The notes beneath the pieces were generated by a model. That model searched no databases, was not told the origin of the DNA, and saw nothing but the letters and a program-made list of their open reading frames with translations. A stretch of 64,000 bases of DNA from Aureliella sp. (GTDB lineage Bacteria; Planctomycetota; Planctomycetia; Pirellulales; Pirellulaceae), in assembly GCA_963691875.1 (NCBI GenBank), contig OY829846.1:4128001-4192000 (forward strand), in the 5' to 3' direction. Made by a program: the position numbers and the translations under genes. Positions within the stretch are counted from its first letter, which is position 1. Every line of letters starts with the position of its first letter. Positions 20,042-30,446 of the stretch are shown one piece after another.

Positions 20042-21064
20042 TTGGAGTTTATTCGAGCAGTACAATTAGAAGACTTGGATCAGCTTTGGGAGCTGATCCA
20101 ACGCGCAAGCCATGGCCTGACGACTTTGCAGCTGAATATTGATCAGCTGCGGGATCGCGTCGAAACATCGAACTTTGCATTTACGCGTCAGACCGAAAAA
20201 GTCTCCGGCGAGCCCTACGTGTTCGTGTTAGAGGACACCGAAATTGGCAAGATCATGGGCGTGTCCTGCATCTTCAGCAAGATCGGTGGCTTCGAGCCCT
20301 TCTACAGCTATCGTCGTGTGACCGAGCAAAAGCAGTGTGAATTGCTCGACATGACGCAGGAAGTCGAATCCTTGCACCTGACTCGCATTCACGATGGTCC
20401 GACTGAGATCGGTAGTCTGTTCTTGCTGCCTGAGTATCGCGGTCAGGGTCGCGGTCGTCTCTTGAGCCTGTGCCGCTTCATGTTCATGGCCAGCAATCCA
20501 CGCCGCTTTGCAGATTCTGTCGTCGCTGAAATGCGGGGAGTTCTTTCTGAGTCAGGTGAGAGTCCTTTTTGGGAAGCCATCGGGCGTCACTTCTTCAATA
20601 TGGAATTTCCGGCGGCAGATCGGCTGTCTGCACTGAACAAAAAGTTCATCGAGAACTTGATGCCGAGTTATCCGATCTACACTAGTATGCTGCCGCAAAA
20701 AGCATTCGATGTGATGGGGCATGTGCACAAGCATACCGAACCTGCATTGGCCATGCTCAAGGGCGAAGGCTTCCAAGAAAACGGCCTCGTGGGAATCTTC
20801 GATGCAGGACCCATTGTCGAGTGTGTTCGCGATGATATCGATGCCGTGCGACGAACCGAGCAGAGTGTTGTGGCTGAGATTGCGAAGGATGTGGAGGGGC
20901 AGCGCGTAATCGTGTCTTCCGAGCAAGGCGGTTTTCGCGCGACGCTTGGTGAAACCGAAGCCGTTGATGGTGGACTGCGAATCAGCCAAGTCACAGCACT
21001 CACGCTACAAGTCAAAGTCGGCGAGCCGGTCGGTCGGTTGGCACTTTATCCCGAACGGAAATAA
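20042..21064 (+). CDS. astA: arginine N-succinyltransferase
   Basis: YVFVLED, EPFYSYR, TEIGSLFL.PEYR, LLSLCRFMFMA, AEMRG..SPFWEAIG.HFF.MEF and IFDAGP motifs. TTG start. Confidence 0.95.
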   Translation: MEFIRAVQLEDLDQLWELIQRASHGLTTLQLNIDQLRDRVETSNFAFTRQTEKVSGEPYVFVLEDTEIGKIMGVSCIFSKIGGFEPFYSYRRVTEQKQCELLDMTQEVESLHLTRIHDGPTEIGSLFLLPEYRGQGRGRLLSLCRFMFMASNPRRFADSVVAEMRGVLSESGESPFWEAIGRHFFNMEFPAADRLSALNKKFIENLMPSYPIYTSMLPQKAFDVMGHVHKHTEPALAMLKGEGFQENGLVGIFDAGPIVECVRDDIDAVRRTEQSVVAEIAKDVEGQRVIVSSEQGGFRATLGETEAVDGGLRISQVTALTLQVKVGEPVGRLALYPERK

Positions 21065-21094
21065 ACTCTAAGAAAAATCGAAGGAATCCTAGGA

Positions 21095-22585
21095 ATGCAA
21101 ACGCCCATCGAAGGCAAGCAGTTTATCGCTGGCAAGTGGGTTCCGGGCGAAGGCCCTGAGTGGAAGCGCGAAGCTCCTGGCGATGGCTCAGTGACTTGGC
21201 AAGGCAACTGGGCGTCGGAATTGCAGGCTCAGGCAGCTATCGACGCAGCTCGTGCGGTATTTGAAGACTGGTCCGACTGCAGCCTGGAAGATCGCATCGC
21301 AATCTGTCAGAAGTTTGCCGACATCATCACCGAACGGAAAGAGGAACTCGCGACGCTGATCGCGACCGAGAACGGAAAGCCTCTTTGGGAAGCTCGAACA
21401 GAAGTAGCAGCTTCGCTTGGCAAGGTCAGCAATTCGGTGCAGTCGATTCAAGAACGCCGTTGGACGACGACCGAACAACTTGGCGAGTTTACAGCCGTCA
21501 CACGCTATCGTCCGCACGGCGTAATGTTTGTCATCGGGCCTTTCAACTTTCCTTCCCACGTTCCCGGCGGACACATCATTCCGGCTTTGCTCGCCGGCAA
21601 CACGATTGTCTTTAAGCCCAGCGAATTTGTTTCGGGCGTAGGACAGTGGTTGTGCCAAGTCTGGGAGGAAACCGGTCTGCCAGCTGGCGTATTGAACTTA
21701 GTTCACGGCCGAGGCGACGTTGGCAACGTAGCGGTTGAAAGTCCGCTCGTCGCTGGCGTGCTGTTTACAGGTAGCCAGAAAGTCGGCACTTTGTTGCACG
21801 AGAAGATGGCCGGGCAGACGCATCGTGTTTTGGCCCTGGAAATGGGCGGCAACAATCCGCTCGTGGTGCACAACACAAGCGATATTCGAGGCGCTGCGAT
21901 CACGACGATTCTGTCGGCATTTATCACTTCTGGCCAGCGATGTACTTGCTCTCGGCGTTTGATCATCAGTGGCGATGAAACCTACGAAGCGTTGGTTAGT
22001 GAACTGCAAGAATTGATTCCGCAAATCAAGACCGGTCTCTCGCTCGCAGATCCTCAGCCCTTCATGGGGCCATTGATTCACCGCCAAGCTGCCGAAACTA
22101 TGTTGGCCGCGGAGAAGTCGATTCTCGAGGGCGGCGCGAAGTCGTTGGTGAAGATGCAGCAAGACGCATCCTGCCCTGCCATCCTCTCTCCTGCCATGAT
22201 TGAGATGGGCGAAGCTCAGGATATCGGCGACTGCGAGTTCTTCGGGCCGTTGCTGATGGTTCGCAGAGCGGCCGACTTAAAGGAAGCGGTGCGCATGGCA
22301 AGCGATACAGCTTATGGGCTGTCCGCTGGATTTATTGGTGACGAAGAAAGTGACTTCCACTACTTCATCAATCGCGTGCGTGCGGGAATCGTCAACTGGA
22401 ATCGCCAGACAACCGGCGCCAGCGGTAAGCTTCCGTTTGGTGGTGCCGGCATCAGCGGCAATCATCATCCGAGTGGTTTTCATGCGGCAGACTATTGTTC
22501 ATTCCCGATGGCGTCGTTGGAGAGCTCCGAGTTGAGCGAAGCCAAGAAGGCGATGCCTGGACTGGAGTTTGGAAGCGATGCTTGA
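21095..22585 (+). CDS. astD: succinylglutamate-semialdehyde dehydrogenase
   Basis: GKPLWEARTEV, RPHGV..GPFNFP.H.P.GHIIPALLAGN, ALEMGGNNP, TSGQRCTC, IVNWN..TTGAS and YAADYC-like motif. Confidence 0.95.
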   Translation: MQTPIEGKQFIAGKWVPGEGPEWKREAPGDGSVTWQGNWASELQAQAAIDAARAVFEDWSDCSLEDRIAICQKFADIITERKEELATLIATENGKPLWEARTEVAASLGKVSNSVQSIQERRWTTTEQLGEFTAVTRYRPHGVMFVIGPFNFPSHVPGGHIIPALLAGNTIVFKPSEFVSGVGQWLCQVWEETGLPAGVLNLVHGRGDVGNVAVESPLVAGVLFTGSQKVGTLLHEKMAGQTHRVLALEMGGNNPLVVHNTSDIRGAAITTILSAFITSGQRCTCSRRLIISGDETYEALVSELQELIPQIKTGLSLADPQPFMGPLIHRQAAETMLAAEKSILEGGAKSLVKMQQDASCPAILSPAMIEMGEAQDIGDCEFFGPLLMVRRAADLKEAVRMASDTAYGLSAGFIGDEESDFHYFINRVRAGIVNWNRQTTGASGKLPFGGAGISGNHHPSGFHAADYCSFPMASLESSELSEAKKAMPGLEFGSDA

Positions 22586-23981
22586 GGCAAACATTGATGC
22601 TATCGTTGGACCATCACACCACTTTGGCGGCTTGGGAGTCGGCAATGTGGCGTCGCAGTCCCATGCCAGTACGCCAAGCTCGCCGAAGAAAGCGGCGTTG
22701 GAAGGACTGCATAAAGCGGAAATCGTCGCAGGCCTTGGTGTTCCGCAATTTTTGTTTCTGCCGCCCATGCGACCGCGCTTGGATTTGCTGAGCCGATTGG
22801 GTTTCGTTGGCAGTGAGCAAGAACAACTCGAGCAGGCCGCAGAGCGTATGCCTCGTGCTGTATCGGCATGTTTTAGCAGCGCCTTTATGTGGGCCGCGAA
22901 TTCCTCTACGGTTTCGCCGAGCAGTGATAGCTCCGACGGTCAGCTGCACTTCACGCCAGCCAACTTGATCAGCAGTTGGCACCGAGCTTTCGAAGCGGAA
23001 GAGCGCCAGCGTGACTTGCAGGAAATCTTTGGCAATGTTGATCGAGCCAACGTGCATCAAGCCTTGCCCAATATCGCTCCATTGCGTGATGAGGGAGCGG
23101 CGAATCACATGCGGCTTTGTGATGCGAGCGGCGAGAAGGCGCTCCATGTGTTTGTGCATGGTGAGGCGGAAGCCAGCGATGTGCGTCCCGGAAGATTCTT
23201 GGCACGTCACACTATGGAGTGCTCTCAGGGTTTGGCGCAGCTGGGCCGTTTACAAACCGAGCAAACTTTTTTCTTGCATCAGCACCCACAAGCGATATCA
23301 GCCGGAGTGTTTCACAACGACGTCATTGCGACCAGTCATCAGAATGTGCTGATTCATCATGAGTTGGCTTTCTGGGAGGCGGAATCGGAACTTGAACGTT
23401 TGGAACAGTGTTTTGTATCGTATGCAGGTCAGCCACTTTGCCGAATAGAAGTTAGTCAGGCTGTGTTGCCGATGGAAGAGGCGGTGGCGAGCTACTTTTT
23501 CAATAGTCAGCTTCTGAGCCCGTCTCAATTTGCAGGTAGCGGAGGTCGTCAAGACCTTCGGCAAGTCGCAGGAGCTGTGGGTGCCGCCGAAAGTCTTGAC
23601 GACTTCGGCTACGATGCTTCGGCTATGGTTTTAGTATGTCCCGGTCAATGCCAGGAGATTGACTCGGCACGCCAGCTAATCGAACGATTGATTGCTGACC
23701 CTGGCAATCCGATCTCGGCTGTTCACTACGTTTCCTTGGCGGAAAGCATGGCCAACGGCGGCGGTCCAGCCTGTTTGCGCCTGCGAGTGTCACTTAGGGA
23801 GGAAGAACTTGCCCAGGTCGATTCTCGTTTTCGCGTCACGCCAGATAGTCTCGCCAAGCTTCGATCAGCGATAGAACGCGACTATCCTGATCGTTTGGTG
23901 GCAAGTGATTTTCTAAATGCCGACTGTCGTCAGCACATACGACGCGCTACCGATCGCTTGCGCAGCGCGCTTCTTGGCTAA
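22569..23981 (+). CDS. astB: N-succinylarginine dihydrolase (with an in-frame REP-derived insert)
   Basis: EAN.D.IVGPSH.FGGL..GNVAS, MWAAN..TVSPS, DEGAANH, AGVFHNDVI, YFFNSQLL and ESMANGGGPACLRLRV motifs. Confidence 0.95.
   Translation: MEAMLEANIDAIVGPSHHFGGLGVGNVASQSHASTPSSPKKAALEGLHKAEIVAGLGVPQFLFLPPMRPRLDLLSRLGFVGSEQEQLEQAAERMPRAVSACFSSAFMWAANSSTVSPSSDSSDGQLHFTPANLISSWHRAFEAEERQRDLQEIFGNVDRANVHQALPNIAPLRDEGAANHMRLCDASGEKALHVFVHGEAEASDVRPGRFLARHTMECSQGLAQLGRLQTEQTFFLHQHPQAISAGVFHNDVIATSHQNVLIHHELAFWEAESELERLEQCFVSYAGQPLCRIEVSQAVLPMEEAVASYFFNSQLLSPSQFAGSGGRQDLRQVAGAVGAAESLDDFGYDASAMVLVCPGQCQEIDSARQLIERLIADPGNPISAVHYVSLAESMANGGGPACLRLRVSLREEELAQVDSRFRVTPDSLAKLRSAIERDYPDRLVASDFLNADCRQHIRRATDRLRSALLG
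23536..23612. repeat. GTAG-type REP inverted doublet (family A) inside the astB coding sequence
   Basis: gtagcggaggtcgtcaagaccttcggc pairs with gccgaaagtcttgacgacttcggctac at 24/27 positions across a 23-nt spacer. Confidence 0.88.
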
Positions 23982-24032
23982 GCCGAGGGAGAAACTCGGT
24001 TAACGCCGAGCCGCAGGCTTACTTTGGTTGCG

Positions 24033-24059
24033 GTAGCGGAGCTCGTCAGGAGTTTCGGC
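24033..24059 (+). repeat. GTAG-type REP, family A single copy
   Basis: gtagcggagctcgtcaggagtttcggc, intergenic downstream of astB. Confidence 0.7.
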
Positions 24060-24341
24060 TTCGGGTGTAACACGTAGCGAGGGAGTCCGTTGTTTTCCAG
24101 CTGGATCGGCGGCAATGAGACAATGGAACTCCTTTGGAATCGCAGAAACGTAAAGCACCTACATGCATAACGCATGTAGGTGTCGCTAGGTTCTAGAAAG
24201 GTATTGAGGGGCGGCTTATTTAGTTGGTTCGGCGAGACGGTACTTCGCAGGTTTTACATCGCTGCAATGACTAGCATCATCGCTGGACGGATCTACAAGT
24301 TGCCCTGCGATACCCTGGTCTGGTTGGACTGGCTGAGGCGC

Positions 24342-26352
24342 CTAATCCTGCTCATCCATCAATCGTGGCTCGATGAGCACGACCGTGTAAGTCGTTTGCT
24401 TTGCTGCAGCAACGTTCTTGAAAAGCTTGCCAATATAGGGAATTCCGTTGAGACCACTTTTCAATTCCTTTGTAACCACCTCCGTATGGGGACCGTGGCA
24501 AATGGCAAAAGAAGTTTGGTCTTTGAGGTCTAACTTTGTTCCGACGGTGACGAAACGGGATTTGTAACGAGGCTGTTGGACCGTGACCGGCTCTTTCATG
24601 CCCTTAATCTCAAAAGTGAAATCGTCCGCACCATATACTTTGGGTTCTCTTAGGCTGAATTCGAGATCCAACTCGTTCTCAGAGACAATCGTCCCAGTCA
24701 GGCGAAGTTTGACTCCGCTTTCTAGCAGGGTGATTACGGGTTGTACGGCCACCTTGCCGTCTTTGCTTCTCATCGGTCTGACACTTGTTACGAAAGGATG
24801 CTCTGAGCCCGAGGTCATCTCACAAGAAGTTCCATCCAAAGCTGTTATTGTCGGAGCTGACAACGACTCCCCATGGGTTAAGACGGCTTCCAGATCTTCT
24901 GCTTCTGGATTGATGACAGTCTTCGTCTCTCCAGCAGGCGCGGTTACTGGCGTAAATTTCGCTTGCACCACTTCGCCGTCTCTATCCAGCTGGTTCACTT
25001 TGATTGCTTCCGCCGTCACCCAATCCTGACAGTGCTTCTCAGCGATTTCCGCTGGCACTTTGAGAAGCTTGATGTCGAATTGGATGACGCGCCCCGAAGG
25101 CGATTGTTGCAGTGGTCGGCTAGGTGGGAGTCGAACAGGGTGATGTTGAACAACACCTGGAATCGGTTGCTATTCTGGCGGGAAAGCAAAGTCTACGTGT
25201 TTGGCCAGTGGTTTGCCCTCAGACTCTTTGGCTTCCGCAGCTTGAGGAAGCGGAACACCAATCTGAGCAGGCGGCAGTCGCTTTCCTTCTTGAGCGAGGG
25301 TAAACGCTGCACCTGGAAGGCATAGTAGTGCGGCCGCGGCGAAGGCGGCGGGAACCCACCATGGCCTTCGTGCTTGACATCCTTGTCGTAAACACATGAT
25401 TTTCTTCAATCTTTTGGTAGTAATATCAACCCGACGTATCCCAGGCAGCAACGGTGCCGCCCGCAGGAAGTGTTTGAGTTCTAAAACGGCTAGCAGTGAT
25501 TTGGCATAGTCGGCTGGATCGATACCGAGCGCGGCAATGGTTTCTTCGTCGCAGCACTTCTCTGCTTCTTGGTCCAAGAATCGCGATGCGATCCAGGCAA
25601 AAGGATTGCACCAGAGTATGCTCGACGCGGTGACTCGAAGTGCGGACCAAAATAAATCGCCTCTGCGCAAATGCACGAGCTCGTGAGTGATGAATACCTT
25701 CAATCGTTCCGTGCTAAGGCGTCTGGCCAGCGCCTCAGGCAATAGGATGACTGGGCGCAAAATACCCATGACGGCAGGGCCAACGTGCGACTGAGTGAGG
25801 TGTACTCGCACTTGACGCTTCAGCCCGAGTTCCAATGCTTTTTCATTCGTGAGTGCTTGGATTTCACTCTGTGCCTGAAGGTCGCTACTCTTGGTTCGAT
25901 GCAGCAAGCGGCGGAATGCTAGCAGTTTCATGGCTGCAATCGTGCCGACTATCGCGACGCCGACTAACCAAGAACTGATAGCAATCGAGACTGCAAGCTG
26001 TGCGACGTCAAATGCGATAGGATTTGATGTAGAAGCTTGTGTTTCAACCGGGGGAATAGGAACACCCACTACGTTTGGCACAGGCTCAAAGTGCTGAACG
26101 GTCCAAGCGACTTGCTCGACTGCCGAAGGTGAACTAGCGTCAAGTAAGCTTCCTGCAAAACACGAGAACAGGCTTGTCGGGCTCGCAACCACTGGCGGTG
26201 TCACACACTTGAGCAATCCGCGCCCACAGAGCGTGGTTGAGGTGCGATCGCTGTTTCGTCCAGTGGCGAGTGATCAACCATACCACACAAGCGAGAAACG
26301 CGACTTGAACGCACTGTGATATCAACATGCGCAGGAGTTCCACGGACATCAT
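24342..26352 (-). pseudogene. BlaR1-type M56 peptidase fused to a C-terminal secretin-like domain, interrupted by a frameshift (about 26220) and an in-frame TAG (25170-25172)
   Basis: The N-terminus ...HLNHALWA changes frame to LLKCVTPP. M56 motifs GPAVMG.LRPVILLP, HELVHLRRGD, WCNP and EKCCDE are present. The frame stays open after the TAG into GSEHPFVT...GVKL and GIPYIGKLFKN. Confidence 0.8.
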
Positions 26353-26747
26353 GATTCACCTCCTTGTTTTTTCTCCGAGTCGAGGCGTTCGATCAGGGAA
26401 CGTAGTTCCTCGATTTCATCCGAGTCGATGCCTCGCTCCTCGATGAGGTGACGGACCAACGGCATGGAGTCGCCACCGAAGAGACGCTCGACGAGGTCGT
26501 CTACCGTCTCGCGAATAACGGTTTTGGGGCGCGCCGCCGCTGTATAGAGGCGAGCTCGATTCTGTAGCTCGGAGCAGGCGTAGCCTTTGCCTTCGATTCG
26601 GCGCAGATAAGTCTGGACCGTTGCAAAGTCGATGAGCCGACGCTGCTCCATAGCCGCGTGTATCTCGCGAACCGTGGCGGGGCCGATCTCCCACAAGACC
26701 CGGGCCACCTCCATTTCGCTCTTGGAGAGGGAAGGTCGTTCCGTCAT
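26349..26747 (-). CDS. BlaI/MecI/CopY family transcriptional repressor
   Basis: LSKSEMEVARVLWE.GPATVREIH, TVQTYL.R.E.KGY and LFGG motifs. Overlaps the M56 start by 4 nt. Confidence 0.93.
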   Translation of the reverse strand: MTERPSLSKSEMEVARVLWEIGPATVREIHAAMEQRRLIDFATVQTYLRRIEGKGYACSELQNRARLYTAAARPKTVIRETVDDLVERLFGGDSMPLVRHLIEERGIDSDEIEELRSLIERLDSEKKQGGES

Positions 26748-26784
26748 GACATCCTTGTCCGTATGTTCTCGATTCCGGATTCGA

Positions 26785-26835
26785 CACGTACATTTGTACG
26801 TGGCACGACCGATTGTAGGCGTACGTTTGTACGCC
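26785..26835. promoter_or_regulatory. BlaI/CopY-type operator palindromes
   Basis: cacgTACAttTGTAcgtg (26785-26802) and ggcgTACGttTGTAcgcc (26818-26835) match the TACA-N2-TGTA box and lie 38-88 bp upstream of the blaI-like start. Confidence 0.8.
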
Positions 26836-27206
26836 GGCAATAGCGTTTCTTTCGCTGTTAAAGATTCGCAGGCCGCAAGGAACGCAGCAACTTTAAGGCT
26901 CGCAGGCAAAAGCAAGACGGAACCTATGCCGGTCGTTAAGCGCCGTTAAACGAAACGTGGAGGACTTATGAACTCGCCTACTAAGACGCCGGGTACTGTC
27001 ACAGTGCTGCGCTAGTTTCGGTCTACATTCTTCCGCCGCCGCCCAAGCGTTTGCCAATTGTCGGTTTGCGGTCTGTGATGCAGGCGATAAGATTCTTACT
27101 TACCAAGTCCTCCTTGCGATCGATCTTGCGGTTCCCTCGATCGAGGACTTTCAGACTTCTCCTGCACGAGCACCCTCTGGCTCGTCCAGCACCTGCAGAA
27201 CTCATC

Positions 27207-28859
27207 ATGACGAAACATATTTTCGTAACTGGCGGTGTCGTCAGTTCCATTGGCAAAGGATTGACCAGCGCTTCGATAGGAATGCTTCTCGAAGCCCGAG
27301 GACTCAAGGTGCGAATGCAAAAACTGGATCCGTATATCAACGTCGATCCAGGCACAATGAGCCCGTACCAGCACGGCGAGGTCTACGTGCTCGATGACGG
27401 CAGTGAAACCGATTTGGACTTGGGCCACTACGAGCGATTTACCGATGGTCCGCTGACTCGTGATTCGAATTACACAACGGGTCAGATCTATTTGTCCGTC
27501 ATCGAGAAGGAACGCAAGGGTCAGTTCTTGGGCAAGACAGTCCAAGTAATTCCGCACATCACTGATGAAATCAAGAGTGTGATCCGCAAAGTTGGCGAGC
27601 AAGATGTTGACGTGGTCATCACTGAAATTGGCGGCACGGTTGGCGACATCGAGAGCTTGCCCTTCTTAGAGGCGATTCGACAGTACCCATTGATCGCAGG
27701 GCAGGAAAACTGCTTGTTCATTCACTTGACGCTGGTGCCTTACCTGAAGGCCGCCGGAGAGCTAAAAACCAAGCCTACCCAGCACTCGGTGGGCCAGTTG
27801 CGTCAGATCGGTATTCAGCCTGACATCCTCATCTGCCGCTGTGAACAATCGATTTCACGCGACGAGCGTGACAAGATTGCATTGTTCTGCAACTTGCAGC
27901 CACAGGCGGTCATCGAGGAAAAGGACAAGGACTTTTCGATCTACGAAGTGCCTTTATCGCTGGTCAGCAACGGGCTGGACGAGCAGATCTGCAAGCGACT
28001 GGGACTCTCGACGTCGACACCCGACCTAGAGCCTTATAACGATATCTTGCATCGGCTCCGCAATCCCAAGCACGAGATTAGTATTGCAGTTGTTGGCAAA
28101 TACGCCGAGCACAAGGACGCGTACAAGTCGATTTACGAGTCCTTGGATCACGCTGGGATTCATCATCATGCCCAGATTCGTATCGGCCGGATCCAGAGTG
28201 CAGATATCGAAAACGAAGGCCCGGAGTGCTTGCTCAGTGGCTACGATGGAATCCTGGTTCCAGGTGGCTTTGGTGAGCGTGGCATCGAAGGCAAAGTCCA
28301 AGCTGTGCGATATGCTCGCGAAAAAGGCATTCCGTTTTTTGGAATTTGTCTGGGCATGCAGTGTGCCGTCATCGAATATGGTCGCAGTGTGATCGGCTTG
28401 GTGGATGCTCACTCCACGGAGTTCAATAAAGATACTCAGCACCCCGTTATTTGCTTGCTCGACGAGCAACGTGAAATCACGAACATGGGTGGCACCATGC
28501 GGCTGGGTGCTCAGCCATGCGTGCTGAGAGAAGAGACCAAGTCATTGAAGGCTTACGAGAACTCGGAGATCTCTGAGCGGCATCGTCACCGATACGAGTT
28601 CAACAATGTGTATCGGCAGCAGTTTACGGCCAACGGAATGGTCTTTGCCGGAACAAGCCCAGATGATGGTCTAGTTGAAATTGTTGAGATTCCAGATCAC
28701 CCCTGGTTTGTCGCCGTGCAGTTCCACCCTGAATTCAAGTCGAAGCCAACGAAGTCACACCCACTGTTCGCAAACTTTATTGAAGCCGCGATTGAACGAC
28801 GCAGCCGCAAAAGTTCTGCTTCTACGGAATCGCCCACCGATGGTGTACCTGTTTCCTAG
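27207..28859 (+). CDS. pyrG: CTP synthase
   Basis: [53 protein letters not shown] and QFHPEFKS motifs. Confidence 0.99.
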   Translation: MTKHIFVTGGVVSSIGKGLTSASIGMLLEARGLKVRMQKLDPYINVDPGTMSPYQHGEVYVLDDGSETDLDLGHYERFTDGPLTRDSNYTTGQIYLSVIEKERKGQFLGKTVQVIPHITDEIKSVIRKVGEQDVDVVITEIGGTVGDIESLPFLEAIRQYPLIAGQENCLFIHLTLVPYLKAAGELKTKPTQHSVGQLRQIGIQPDILICRCEQSISRDERDKIALFCNLQPQAVIEEKDKDFSIYEVPLSLVSNGLDEQICKRLGLSTSTPDLEPYNDILHRLRNPKHEISIAVVGKYAEHKDAYKSIYESLDHAGIHHHAQIRIGRIQSADIENEGPECLLSGYDGILVPGGFGERGIEGKVQAVRYAREKGIPFFGICLGMQCAVIEYGRSVIGLVDAHSTEFNKDTQHPVICLLDEQREITNMGGTMRLGAQPCVLREETKSLKAYENSEISERHRHRYEFNNVYRQQFTANGMVFAGTSPDDGLVEIVEIPDHPWFVAVQFHPEFKSKPTKSHPLFANFIEAAIERRSRKSSASTESPTDGVPVS

Positions 28860-28889
28860 TTCTTTCTGTTTGATGGCAGGGACGATTCG

Positions 28890-29966
28890 ATGAAGTCAGT
28901 AGCCATTCTCCAAGATTTGTTCGATCACAATGACTGGGCTAACCGGCGCGTCCTTTCCGTAGCAGCAGAGCTTAGTGACGAACAGCTGGATCAGCCGCGC
29001 GAGATGGGCTTCGGAACATTGCGCAACACTTTGTTTCATGTGCTGGAAGCTGAAAAACTCTGGTTAGAACGTTGGCAAGCTAAGCCATGGCGTGCTCTGC
29101 AGGCGGATGCCGAAGGCAAGAGCGTTGCCGACATCCAGGCTGAGTCAACTCGAACGGCCGAAGTCCGCAATGCGATGATTGAAGAAGAGTCCAATACGGG
29201 CTTTTCACGCGTTGTTGAATTCCAAGATAGTCAGGGGAATTCCTACAAACGGCCCATTGGTTCCTTGATGAGTCATGTAGCAAACCACGGGATTCATCAC
29301 CGGGCTCAAGCCCTGGGTTATCTCAAGGGCTTCGGCAAGAAGGTTCCTGGTGGTCTGGATTACATCTTCTACAAGATGGCCTATCCTTCGGCAGAACTCC
29401 CGGAAGAAAGTCTTGCGAAGTTACGCAAATATGGACTCGAGGCCGCCACCGATGAGGGAGCGGCTCCAGCTCTCGAGAAGAATCGTCTTCGAGCCTACTT
29501 CGAATATGCCGACTGGGCGATGAAGCGGGTGTTCGACGAATCTTCAGTGCTTTCGGATAAGCATTTAGATCAGCCTATTGATCTAGGCACTGGCACGCTG
29601 CGGAAAAACTTGAGACACATCCTGGACGCCGAACGTTGGTGGGTCGCGAATTGGGCCCAAGACCGATCACCCTTTCCGCGGGATGAAGAGCCGAGTTCGC
29701 TAGCTGACATTCGCCAGTGCTACGAGCAAACCTCCGTAGCTCGCAACGGAGTCGTCGCTGCACTTGACGAAACTTCCGCTCAGAGAATTGTTTATATTGA
29801 AGCGGGAGGTCCTAGCACCTGTTTTCGGGTTCTAGAATCGATGCTGCAACTCTGTTGCCATGGAACGCATCATCGTTCTCAGTGTGTGAACATGTTGCGA
29901 CAGCTGGGAATCACTTTTTCCTGGATTGACTATATCGTTTGGGTTCCTGAAAACTCAGGCAAGTGA
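28890..29966 (+). CDS. tandem DinB/YfiT-family protein (two domains)
   Basis: Duplicated WA..R, TLR..L.H...AE..W and H..HHR.Q motifs. Confidence 0.88.
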   Translation: MKSVAILQDLFDHNDWANRRVLSVAAELSDEQLDQPREMGFGTLRNTLFHVLEAEKLWLERWQAKPWRALQADAEGKSVADIQAESTRTAEVRNAMIEEESNTGFSRVVEFQDSQGNSYKRPIGSLMSHVANHGIHHRAQALGYLKGFGKKVPGGLDYIFYKMAYPSAELPEESLAKLRKYGLEAATDEGAAPALEKNRLRAYFEYADWAMKRVFDESSVLSDKHLDQPIDLGTGTLRKNLRHILDAERWWVANWAQDRSPFPRDEEPSSLADIRQCYEQTSVARNGVVAALDETSAQRIVYIEAGGPSTCFRVLESMLQLCCHGTHHRSQCVNMLRQLGITFSWIDYIVWVPENSGK

Positions 29967-30008
29967 GACAACACAATAGAGAAGATTGAAACGACTTACG
30001 AGAAACCG

Positions 30009-30446
30009 ATGAGCGACGAACAAGAGCCTAAGATCATTATCGACGAAGATTGGAAGTCCCAGGTAGAACGCGAGCGGGAAGAGCTCAAAGCGCGGGAGGC
30101 TGCCGAGGAAACGGCAGCTGAGAAGGGCGAGTCTGAAGCAAGTGCTGAGACGACTTCGCAGCCTGAAGATGCCGGCGACATGCCTCCTATGCCTGAAGCT
30201 TCCTTTCCATTCTTGGTCACTAGTCTTGCTTCGCAGGCCGTGATGTCGCTTGGTCAAATGCCTGGTCCTGAGGGCCAGCCCGTTCCCGTCAACCTGAATC
30301 ACGCCAAGCATTTCATTGACACGCTCGGCATACTGGAAGAGAAGACCACGGGCAATCTGGACGAAGAAGAAGGCAAGTTCTTGCAGGAGACATTGCATCA
30401 AATCCGCATGATGTACGTCGCCATCCAGCAGCAGCAAGGTGGCTAG
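30009..30446 (+). CDS. DUF1844 domain protein
   Basis: KIIIDEDWKSQV, LGQMPGP and AKHFIDTL.ILEEKT.GNL motifs. Confidence 0.88.
   Translation: MSDEQEPKIIIDEDWKSQVEREREELKAREAAEETAAEKGESEASAETTSQPEDAGDMPPMPEASFPFLVTSLASQAVMSLGQMPGPEGQPVPVNLNHAKHFIDTLGILEEKTTGNLDEEEGKFLQETLHQIRMMYVAIQQQQGG

Noticed and set aside
15618..24059. CRISPR array from the recurring 23-27 bp palindromes
   Set aside because: The copies are dispersed or inverted pairs rather than regularly spaced direct repeats, and there are no cas genes.
26748..27206. Long N-terminal extensions of the BlaI (from 26915) and PyrG (from 27051) ORFs
   Set aside because: Family motifs start at 26747 and 27207, and the BlaI extension runs over its own operator.
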